From the IMG/VR virus record IMGVR_UViG_2061766007_001776: DNA of 46,538 nt, one strand, 5' to 3'. Below, piece by piece: positions 1 through 8,064 of this stretch; position 1 is the first letter of the stretch; each line of letters opens with the position of its first letter. Below the pieces are notes generated by a model. The model saw only the letters and a list, made by a program, of their open reading frames with translations, had not been told where the DNA came from and did not search any database. A program made the translations under genes and the position numbers. The stretch comes from an uncultured virus (IMG/VR IMGVR_UViG_2061766007_001776). Its lineage: Duplodnaviria > Heunggongvirae > Uroviricota > Caudoviricetes.

Positions 1-101
1 CTTCTAGTTCCCCACTTCTGACCTATAATGCCGTAATGTTTTAATTCGGTTTCTTTTTCTTTAAATAATCTTAAATTATCATAAAATTCATATCTATTCA
101 A
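1..101 (-). CDS. N-terminus (runs off window) of an HxGxxGQKWG-leader family phage protein
   Basis: Not in ORF track. TTG start at 101 after RBS AAAGGAGG; translates MNRYEFYDNLRLFKEKETELKHYGIIGQKWGTR, the same leader as the ORFs starting at 6313 and 2079. Confidence 0.85.
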   Translation of the reverse strand, partial: MNRYEFYDNLRLFKEKETELKHYGIIGQKWGTR

Positions 102-118
102 GAATGATTCCTCCTTTC

Positions 119-1354
119 TTAGTTACTTAAACCATGTTTCTTCATTACTTCGTTTTCATAAGTTATAAGTCTATCCAAGAGGTAATCTTTACGTGTATCA
201 TTGGAACCTAACCAAGGCTCTAAGTAGTCTTCAATATTCTTATAAGGCCATGTATACTGATTATCTATATAATCTTCAAGGTATTTTCTAACCTCTGGAC
301 TAAGGTTAACTTTATCGCCTTTTCTAAATTGTCTAATCTGATCTCTTGCCTCATTAATTGCATCAATTTCAGGCTGAGCTTCTTTTCTCTTTATATCAGT
401 TCCGTCATCAATTTCTTTCTTCTTAATATCTTCATATCTATCAAGGTAATCACGAACCTCGTTTTTACGATTCTCAACAGAACTCCAAGGCATTGAAGGA
501 TTTAAGTAATCTTCAATACTCTCATATCCCCAAATATTATCAGCATCAATTGCATTATTAATATATGCTCTTGCATCTTCACTTATATCAAGTTTCTCAC
601 CTGGATGCCATTTAACTATAGCTTCATCCATTTTAGTTATCTCTTTTTCGAGATTCATTTTCTTTAAGTCTTTTTCCTGTTGCTTATTGAATTCTTCTAT
701 ACGAGCAATCTGCTCTTTATCTTTTTTATCTTTTTCTGCCTGAGCTTTAGCTTGCTCCTGTCTATAAGAATCTGATTTCAGATAGTTCTGATAAGCACGC
801 TCTTTCTTATTTTCTTCATCAGCCTTCTTACCAGCTTCAGTTATCTTACGATTCTTTTCTTTCTCGGCAGATTCAGCAGCAGCTTTATTTTTAGCTATTT
901 CTTTTTCTCTTCTTTTTAGTTCTTCAAATTCTTTACGTTTCTTTTCTCTTTCTGCTGCTTCTCTCGCTTCATTCATTTTACGATTCTTTTCGATTTCTTT
1001 TTCACGCTGCTCTTTTAAAGCTCTTTCTTTTTCGATTCGTTCATAATCGCTTTTCTTAGCAGCACTCTCAGCAGCCTCTCGACCTGAAAGAGCTTTCTGA
1101 ATACTTTCTTTTTTATTAGCTTGTGCTTCTTTTACATTTTTTTCGAGAGTATCTCTTATTGAAGCATTATTAGGTTTATTTCCAACCGGTTTATTATAAT
1201 CATAAATGTAATTACCATTCTTATCTATATACAGATATTTATGGTCTTTTCTTGGATTTTTGGGTTGCTGTCTATTTAAACTATTATGTTTTCTCAATAA
1301 AGCAGCATGTTCTAAATACCCATCCAAATTGTTGTAGAATTCGAATCTGTTCAT
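119..1354 (-). CDS. Charged coiled-coil phage protein with MNRFEFYNNL leader and duplicated C-terminal domain
   Basis: Start moved to ATG 1354 (RBS AGAAAGGA; matches paralogue leader). Long E/K/R-rich helix; two copies of a ~60 aa unit (WxYxxIEDYLxP). Confidence 0.8.
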   Translation of the reverse strand: MNRFEFYNNLDGYLEHAALLRKHNSLNRQQPKNPRKDHKYLYIDKNGNYIYDYNKPVGNKPNNASIRDTLEKNVKEAQANKKESIQKALSGREAAESAAKKSDYERIEKERALKEQREKEIEKNRKMNEAREAAEREKKRKEFEELKRREKEIAKNKAAAESAEKEKNRKITEAGKKADEENKKERAYQNYLKSDSYRQEQAKAQAEKDKKDKEQIARIEEFNKQQEKDLKKMNLEKEITKMDEAIVKWHPGEKLDISEDARAYINNAIDADNIWGYESIEDYLNPSMPWSSVENRKNEVRDYLDRYEDIKKKEIDDGTDIKRKEAQPEIDAINEARDQIRQFRKGDKVNLSPEVRKYLEDYIDNQYTWPYKNIEDYLEPWLGSNDTRKDYLLDRLITYENEVMKKHGLSN

Positions 1355-1381
1355 AATGTTTCCTTTCTTATGAATGAATCG

Positions 1382-1401
1382 CCTTGTTGGTTTGTACAAG
1401 G
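1382..1401 (-). promoter_or_regulatory. Conserved 5' leader hairpin CCTTGT-N8-ACAAGG (copy 1)
   Basis: Near-identical to 6340-6359; both lie ~27 nt upstream of a MNRxEFY start codon. Confidence 0.6.
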
Positions 1402-1475
1402 TTAGCTATTCATAGTATGTTCTTTCTTATTACGGTCCTCCGACTTTGTACCAATCTTCTTCAGTNNNNNNNNNN

Positions 1476-1689
1476 TTCCAGTTTCCAGATTTACTTTCAT
1501 TAAATTACGATCATAACATTCCTGATCGCCCCAATATGCTAAATAATCTTTAGCAAAATCTCGGCATTCATCTTCTGCTTTACTTAATGCAGTTCTTGCA
1601 TTTTTCAGTTCATCTTTAAAATTTTGTTCCATTATTTTTGATTTTAATAAATAATTATCGCATATTTTATTAAAATTTTCTTGATTTTC
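1476..1689 (-). CDS. Gap-bounded internal fragment of a helical protein, probably another leader-family paralogue
   Basis: Open frame ENQENFNK...NLETG between N gaps; ends in ETG at a gap, like the 5357-6313 ORF. Confidence 0.45.
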
Positions 1690-1699
1690 NNNNNNNNNN

Positions 1700-2079
1700 T
1701 TAGGATTATCTTTAAGCTTTAAACCGGTTTCAGGATCAGTCTTTTCTGTCTTTCTATGTGCTTCCCAGTTCTTAATATCTTTTGAAATTTTTGCATTATG
1801 TATTGCGTCAGCTCCAGCAGCTACACCAGTTGCGGCAACATATGTACCTGCGAGAAACGCTAGAGCCACAGCAACGGAACCGACTTTTTCTTCTTCGGGG
1901 TCGTGTGCTTCTCTAGCAGGTCCATAACCATAGCGTTCTCGGCCAGCCTGAGTGTATGAACCATCCTTTTCTTGGAATCGCCTTACTCCCCATTTCTGAC
2001 CGAGTATGCCATGGTGATAGAGTTCGTCCTGTTTTTCTCTAGCCATTTCCAATTTCATATAAAATTCTTTTTGTAACAT
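1700..2079 (-). CDS. N-terminal part of an ELYHHGILGQKWGVRR-leader protein with a hydrophobic segment; 3' end lost at gap
   Basis: RBS AAAGGAG; motif ELYHHGILGQKWGVRRFQEKDGSYT; hydrophobic VAVALAFLAGTYVAATGVAAG; ends KTEKTDPETGLKLKDNP, homologous to QTEETDSKTGFKLKDNP at the start of the 2679-3350 fragment. Confidence 0.8.
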
Positions 2080-2109
2080 ATTCGAACTCCTTTTTCTACC
2101 TATTTTGAT

Positions 2110-2397
2110 TTATTTAACTTTCATTCTTAAGTCATCTACTCTTGTTTCAAGCTTTGTGACACGCTCACCAATGTACTGAACATCTTTCTTGATATCGGGA
2201 ATCTGTTCTGCGAAGTTATTGTGTTTATTAACTTCTTTTGCGAGCGTATCTAATCTTTCTGTCATGACCGCTTGATTCTCGTGCAGTTTGGCATCCATAT
2301 CCTTTGACTGTCCACGACCTATAATTATGTTTGAAAGGATAGTACCAATTGCACCAATGATTGCTACCATTATTGCTACTAAACTCGCTACTTCCAT
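2110..2397 (-). CDS. Small membrane-anchored coiled-coil protein (holin/XhlA-like architecture)
   Basis: One N-terminal transmembrane helix then coiled coil; RBS AAAGGAGG. Confidence 0.65.
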   Translation of the reverse strand: MEVASLVAIMVAIIGAIGTILSNIIIGRGQSKDMDAKLHENQAVMTERLDTLAKEVNKHNNFAEQIPDIKKDVQYIGERVTKLETRVDDLRMKVK

Positions 2398-2422
2398 GAT
2401 AGTGACCCTCCTTTCTTAGTTT

Positions 2423-2674
2423 TTAAGTTAACGAGGTATCTATATATGCTAAATTTTCGTCGATTAATATTTTATCAATCAAATCTTGTTCTTGTGCTAA
2501 AAATATACCATCGATCCTTCCGCCATCATATATATAATAAGGATCCATTTCGACACGCCATCTAGCTTTATCATAAACAGCAAGTACTATATTTAAATTT
2601 CCTTTAATCCATATTTTTATAACATTCAATTTTGGATTATGTTCTTTAAAAGCATTTATAATTTCGTCAACCAT
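2423..2674 (-). CDS. Small hypothetical protein, candidate immunity partner of the papain-fold domain protein
   Basis: 83 aa; starts 4 nt after the stop of the toxin-like ORF, RBS GGGAG overlapping its last codons. Confidence 0.6.
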   Translation of the reverse strand: MVDEIINAFKEHNPKLNVIKIWIKGNLNIVLAVYDKARWRVEMDPYYIYDGGRIDGIFLAQEQDLIDKILIDENLAYIDTSLT

Positions 2675-2678
2675 AATT

Positions 2679-3350
2679 TTACTCCCATCTTATTAACTTT
2701 TCTTTTTTTAAGTATTCAATGTTAGGTTCAATGTTATCTAATCTAGCATAACTAGTTTGATTGTCGGATTTGTCAAAATTCATTTTTAACGTTGAAACAA
2801 AATAATTATTAATATTGGATATCTTTTTATTTACTTGGGCATCATAAATTGCTACTTTTCCGTTTTCAATTCTATAAAACATCGAATGTCCACCGCCACT
2901 TTTCCAGCTAACCATCAAATTGCCATAAGAACCTTCTGGTTGTGATTTTAGTTCGTTAAGAATATCAGTAGCAGTACCATTTATAACTTTAGGATTTTTA
3001 TACCATTTTTTTAAATCGTCTGGATAAAAACCATGGTCAACTTTACCAGATCTTATATCATATCCTCTTCTTCTTAAGTCTAACGCGGTAGTACATGTCA
3101 TACAATTTCTTGTAAAATGTTCGCGATATTCTTGTTTTTCTTTATTAACCTTTTCGGATATATAACCTGGTAATGCTGTTTCGTAATGCATTGAATTTTT
3201 AGAAATATCAGCAAAAACATTATATTTTCTTTCCATATTTACTAATTTCATATCATTCTTAAAACTAGCATCCGGATTATCTTTAAGTTTAAATCCGGTT
3301 TTAGAATCTGTCTCTTCTGTTTGTAAATGTTTTTCATATGCGTCGATATC
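2679..3350 (-). CDS. C-terminal fragment with papain-fold toxin (Tox-PL / glutamine deamidase-like) domain
   Basis: NCMTCTTALDLRRRGYDI...GGGHSMFYRIENGKVAIYDAQ gives a Cys-His-Asp arrangement typical of papain-fold toxin domains; N-terminus hidden in the 555-N gap. Confidence 0.7.
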   Translation of the reverse strand, partial: DIDAYEKHLQTEETDSKTGFKLKDNPDASFKNDMKLVNMERKYNVFADISKNSMHYETALPGYISEKVNKEKQEYREHFTRNCMTCTTALDLRRRGYDIRSGKVDHGFYPDDLKKWYKNPKVINGTATDILNELKSQPEGSYGNLMVSWKSGGGHSMFYRIENGKVAIYDAQVNKKISNINNYFVSTLKMNFDKSDNQTSYARLDNIEPNIEYLKKEKLIRWE

Positions 3351-3905
3351 NNNNNNNNNNNNNNNNNNNNNNNNNNNNNNNNNNNNNNNNNNNNNNNNNN
3401 NNNNNNNNNNNNNNNNNNNNNNNNNNNNNNNNNNNNNNNNNNNNNNNNNNNNNNNNNNNNNNNNNNNNNNNNNNNNNNNNNNNNNNNNNNNNNNNNNNNN
3501 NNNNNNNNNNNNNNNNNNNNNNNNNNNNNNNNNNNNNNNNNNNNNNNNNNNNNNNNNNNNNNNNNNNNNNNNNNNNNNNNNNNNNNNNNNNNNNNNNNNN
3601 NNNNNNNNNNNNNNNNNNNNNNNNNNNNNNNNNNNNNNNNNNNNNNNNNNNNNNNNNNNNNNNNNNNNNNNNNNNNNNNNNNNNNNNNNNNNNNNNNNNN
3701 NNNNNNNNNNNNNNNNNNNNNNNNNNNNNNNNNNNNNNNNNNNNNNNNNNNNNNNNNNNNNNNNNNNNNNNNNNNNNNNNNNNNNNNNNNNNNNNNNNNN
3801 NNNNNNNNNNNNNNNNNNNNNNNNNNNNNNNNNNNNNNNNNNNNNNNNNNNNNNNNNNNNNNNNNNNNNNNNNNNNNNNNNNNNNNNNNNNNNNNNNNNN
3901 NNNNN

Positions 3906-4385
3906 ATGTTTAGATGTATTAGTAGTCGTACTAGCTGTTATTGGAGAAGTATTTGTAGTTGTCTTAGTAGTTTCACTCTTAGTATTAGTTGTTGTACTAG
4001 CTGTTATGGGAGTTGTCTTTGTAACTGTAGCAGTAGTGTGATAAGACGTACTAGTAGTTGTCTTTGTAGTTATGGGAGATGTCTTAGTTATTGTCAAAAC
4101 TGTCAAAGCCGTTGTTGAAGACATATTACCAGGACCTACACTTGTTGTATTGTAATTACTTCGAACTGTAGTTGTCACATAATGTTTAGCTCTATAAGTA
4201 GAAGTTCCACTTGTTACTGCTAATCTCATTCCTGCAACACTACTATTAGCTGCATATAAAGGTAAATATCCAGTTGTATTACTCGATACTACTTGTAAAT
4301 AGGGTTTGGCTGGGGCAGCATTAGTTAAAGAATGTGTAACTTGCATTGGGTTCCCATTAACCATACTAGTAATATTCAAATACAT
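3906..4385 (-). CDS. Thr-rich mucin-like repeat protein, N-terminal part
   Basis: RBS GGAGG, ATG 4385; short beta-rich N-domain then 22-aa repeats (TTKTTTNTSPITASTTTNTKSE) nearly identical to those at 7561-7673. Confidence 0.75.
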
Positions 4386-4398
4386 TACTTATACCTCC

Positions 4399-5346
4399 CT
4401 ATTTCGTTTTGTTTAAATGTCTTTTCTCCCATGCTTTTACTTGCTTTGAGTGAATCTCATGGTTAACTCCATCAAATTTAAGTGTATGACAATATTTAAA
4501 CATTTCGTCATAATCTAATTCTAATATACTTTTCTTTTTACCTTTAATCTTAACAAAATGTCCTTTTTCGATGTATTCATTAAATGTGCCAATCCAAGGT
4601 TCAACAAAATGTACATCCGAATAATGTCTAACATTGTATAACATTTCTTCAATATCAGAGTACACTATTTCATCCCAGAAAATATCTTTCAATTTAGTTC
4701 TTAAAGATGCAACACTATCTCGTAATATATACCAATCTTCTTCCAATGGTTTATAATCTGTCATAGCTACTTCTTTAAAGAAGTCAAGTAAATTATAAAA
4801 AGCATAAATTGCCATATTTAATATTTCATGTTTCATTGCTTCATCTTCAACATCTTCAATTCCATGTTTCTTATTATATTCAGTAAAATATTCGAATATG
4901 GAATTACTTGAAGCCATTGTCCATCCAGCCAAATGTTGTGAATAATGTGGATCTTTTCTACTAAGTGAATCATCATTAGGGAACCAATAAGCAGTAGCTT
5001 GACAATCTTCATTATTATTATAAGGTAATTTAACTGATGCGTAAATATCATCATGTGCTAAAGCATAATCCATTTTTCTAATAAACGGATAATCTTCGCC
5101 TTGTCTAGAATTTAATCCTGTAGGGAAATGTACTTCGTTTTCTACTAGGAATTCTCTATTATAACATCTTGATTGAACCCATATACTTTCACCAATTATA
5201 TGATGATCATATCCATTTTCTCCAAATCCATAAAGAAACCCGTATACTACAGCAAGTTTCTTTTTATTATTTTCATCTGCATAATAAGTGTCAATTACGT
5301 GACGATACCTTTCACAACAATTTGGTGCAAGCATGTCATCACAATC
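4399..5346 (-). CDS. Glycosyltransferase family 2 (GT-A), C-terminal part
   Basis: Frame opens at the gap with DCDDML (DxD motif); later WVQSRCYNREFL and GEDYPF motifs typical of GT2. Confidence 0.8.
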   Translation of the reverse strand, partial: DCDDMLAPNCCERYRHVIDTYYADENNKKKLAVVYGFLYGFGENGYDHHIIGESIWVQSRCYNREFLVENEVHFPTGLNSRQGEDYPFIRKMDYALAHDDIYASVKLPYNNNEDCQATAYWFPNDDSLSRKDPHYSQHLAGWTMASSNSIFEYFTEYNKKHGIEDVEDEAMKHEILNMAIYAFYNLLDFFKEVAMTDYKPLEEDWYILRDSVASLRTKLKDIFWDEIVYSDIEEMLYNVRHYSDVHFVEPWIGTFNEYIEKGHFVKIKGKKKSILELDYDEMFKYCHTLKFDGVNHEIHSKQVKAWEKRHLNKTK

Positions 5347-5356
5347 NNNNNNNNNN

Positions 5357-6313
5357 CCCAGTTTCTTTATTTATAGCCACAATATTTAGGCCATTATTTG
5401 TATTTAATTTTAAAGTTATTTTAAGATTATTATCGAGTTCTATTTCTTTTCTTATTATTTTTTCAAGTTCTTTAGCGCAATCATCTAAATCTTTTTCTAC
5501 TTTTTCATATTCTTTTTTAAACTGTTTATAACTTTCGTTATTCTCTTTAAATTCTTTAGTTCTTTTTTCATTTTTCATAAAATCTTTTTCTTTTTCTGAA
5601 ATGATTAAACGATTAAAAATATTATCAGCATACATTTTATCAAATTCATAATTAGTAAATTTATCACCGGCCTTAAAACCATCAATAACTCTTTCATTGA
5701 TTTCTTCAACACCATGCTCAAGACACCATCTCGCAGTATCACCTCTAAATCCAAAAGGAATTCCTTTAGCTTTAGCTTCTTTCTTAAGATTCTTATATTT
5801 TTCTTTATATTCGGGTGAAGTCTTTTCTATCGTTGGTTCCTTCCATCTTTGACCTTCCATACCGCCAAATTTACCACCAAATGCATTAGTAGAAATATTA
5901 TTGAAGTGAGCGTTGTTTAATTCATTTCCGCCTCTATCTTCTTGTCTAACAAATTTCTTTACATATGCATCAATTAGATCCCTATCTTTCTCTTTAACAT
6001 TCTCAGATAAATATCTTTCATATTCAGAGTTATCAGTTTTATTATAACGCTTTACTAATTCAGATATGTCTTTCTTATATTTATGAGTAGTCCATGAATC
6101 GGAATCGCTGAACATATAATAGTCGGAACCAATTTTGGTATTACTGGATTTACTATTTCCCTTACCAAAATATCTTATTTTTCCTTCTTCATTAAATCTA
6201 CCATCGGCATACTGCCAGCGACGATGGCCCCATTTTTGACCCGTTATTCCATAATGTTTAAGTCCATTATCTTTATACTGATCAAGATTAGAATAGAACT
6301 CGAGTCTGTTCAT
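5357..6313 (-). CDS. HYGITGQKWG-leader family protein, 3' end lost at gap
   Basis: MNRLEFYSNL...LKHYGITGQKWGHRRWQYADGRFNEEGKIRY; RBS AGAAAGGA. Confidence 0.85.
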
Positions 6314-6339
6314 AATATGTCCTTTCTATGAACGATCTC

Positions 6340-6359
6340 CCTTGTTGGTTTTTACAAGG
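6340..6359 (-). promoter_or_regulatory. Conserved 5' leader hairpin CCTTGT-N8-ACAAGG (copy 2)
   Basis: Matches 1382-1401 with one loop difference. Confidence 0.6.
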
Positions 6360-6392
6360 TTGCATGTTCATGTTGTATAGTATTCTCATTTA

Positions 6393-6632
6393 TTATTCAT
6401 TAAGTTCTGGTTCCGGTTCTGGCTCAGGTGCATGTGAATAATACTGAGACATTAAGAGCTCACCTGTACTTGTAAATAGCATAGCAGCGTAAACCGGTAA
6501 AGTTGATACTGCTGCATATGATAAAATGTAATGGTACTTGGAATCAGCCTCATCCCTTGTATCAAATGCATAAACTAAATTAGCAACTGATCCGTCAGCT
6601 GCAGTCTGTAATTCCATAACGATATATTTCAT
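6393..6632 (-). CDS. Small hypothetical protein, paralogue of 18516-18725
   Basis: Strong RBS AAGGAGG; aligns with 18516-18725 (YxVxExQT...GxVxNxV...RxEAxSxY). Confidence 0.8.
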   Translation of the reverse strand: MKYIVMELQTAADGSVANLVYAFDTRDEADSKYHYILSYAAVSTLPVYAAMLFTSTGELLMSQYYSHAPEPEPEPELNE

Positions 6633-6665
6633 ATTTATTTCCTCCTTAGAAATTATTTTGATTTG

Positions 6666-7673
6666 TTATGCCCAAGTATTACTTGCGGATGTTCTAGATG
6701 ATACACCTGAATAACCTGTGGTAGTTGTAGTCTTATGACTAGATGTATTAGTAGTCGTACTAGCTGTTAATGGAGAAGTATTTGTAGTAGTTTTTGTAGT
6801 ATGACTAGCTGTATTAGTAGTTGTCTTTGTGGTTACAGGTGTTGTCTTTGTAACTGTAGCTGTGGTATGATATGATGTATTGGTAGTTGTCTTTGTAGTC
6901 ATAGGTGTTGTCTTTGTTACTGTTGTAGTAGTTCCATAATCATATCCAGTTGTAGTTACTGTTGTACCATAAGTTTTTCGAGTTTGACCGAGTAAATCTT
7001 CAAGATAAGTAATATCGGTGAACCAATGTATACCCCATGTTCCATCAAAAGAACTGCTTGAAGAGTGTGCATGTATTATACCTTGTTTCGATTCTGTCTT
7101 TGAACCAATAATAACATATTTACTATAAGAATCAACTGATGTGTGCCAAGGTCTAGCATTTTTCGATGACAAAGCTGATATAACTTTATTTGGTAAAGTA
7201 TTAACATTAGCTGCACCAGTTCCTAATAATTGTTCAGTTGTTCCCATAATCATTTTATACGAACCTGAACTACATCTAGAAACTAAACTTGTATAAGATG
7301 TTGTCATTGAAAGCTCGACAATATTATTTCTTATTTTGGTCGCTTCTACAGCAAATGGTCTAAATTGTGTAAATGTTTGATTTGCATTCTCGATAAAATA
7401 TACAAGACTTTGAGAAGTTATATTACCGCTTCCTCTATAACTTGATCGCCATAATTCTATAGCATATGATGTCTTTGTTTGAGATGTATAATCAGTAACA
7501 GTTCCAGTTTTTGTAGTAGTTTTTGCAGTTCTTGGAGTTTGACCAGTAGTAGTTTTTGTAGTTTCACTCTTAGTATTAGTAGTCGTACTAGCTGTTATTG
7601 GAGAAGTAGTTGTAGTTGTCTTAGTAGTTTCACTCTTAGTATTAGTAGTCGTACTAGCTGTTATTGGAGAAGT
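6666..7673 (-). CDS. Thr-rich mucin-like repeat protein, central/C-terminal part
   Basis: Frame of the 6666-7307 ORF stays open up to the gap at 7674; 66-bp repeats flank a non-repetitive domain; most likely continues the 3906-4385 fragment. Confidence 0.75.
   Translation of the reverse strand, partial: TSPITASTTTNTKSETTKTTTTTSPITASTTTNTKSETTKTTTGQTPRTAKTTTKTGTVTDYTSQTKTSYAIELWRSSYRGSGNITSQSLVYFIENANQTFTQFRPFAVEATKIRNNIVELSMTTSYTSLVSRCSSGSYKMIMGTTEQLLGTGAANVNTLPNKVISALSSKNARPWHTSVDSYSKYVIIGSKTESKQGIIHAHSSSSSFDGTWGIHWFTDITYLEDLLGQTRKTYGTTVTTTGYDYGTTTTVTKTTPMTTKTTTNTSYHTTATVTKTTPVTTKTTTNTASHTTKTTTNTSPLTASTTTNTSSHKTTTTTGYSGVSSRTSASNTWA
7561..7673. repeat. 66-bp tandem coding repeat
   Basis: GTTTCACTCTTAGTATTAGTAGTCGTACTAGC at 7561 recurs at 7627; related units at 3915-4080 and 6720-6930. 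Confidence 0.9.
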
Positions 7674-7683
7674 NNNNNNNNNN

Positions 7684-7983
7684 ACCAGCTAAGAATCCAA
7701 TTTCTCTTGATTCGCCTTGATACTTATGCTCTTCATTTTTAATTATCTTTATACTTATATGTTCTGTATCATAAAATGTCTTAAACTCATCTGAAAGGTA
7801 ATAGTTGTAATAGCTTTCACCATCTTTTCCTCTACCTTCCAGATAATCATCAACTAATATTAATTCAACATTAATTGGATTCTCATGTCCAACATACTGA
7901 TGAATTACTGAAAAGACCATACGGTCAGTTACTTTACGTTCTCCCCACATTGGTGATACAACTGTTATTCCCTTTATGCCCAT
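7684..7983 (-). CDS. Glycosyltransferase family 2 (GT-A), N-terminal part
   Basis: ATG 7983 after RBS AAAGGA; ITVVSPMW...ELILVDD...NEEHKYQGESREIGFLAG is the canonical GT2 N-domain, stopping a few residues before the DxD motif found at 5346. Confidence 0.8.
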
Positions 7984-8064
7984 TTTGAATTCCTTTCTCA
8001 AAAATATTCATATGCGATTCTTCGTAGTTGAATATTATTGATTTTTCGTCTCCTTTTGTACTAA

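Noticed and set aside
1402..2079. Continuous 225-aa ORF
   Set aside because: Three gap-separated pieces; the last more plausibly reads TEEDWYKVGGP-stop (TAA TAA at 1427-1432) in another frame.
2679..4385. 568-aa ORF fusing Thr-rich repeats to a papain-fold toxin
   Set aside because: Joined only through 555 Ns; each half has a better partner elsewhere (6666-7673 and the 1700-2079 family).
6720..7673. CRISPR-like periodic repeats (also 19800-20280)
   Set aside because: Periods of 66 and 48 nt are multiples of three, lack unique spacers and encode protein repeats.
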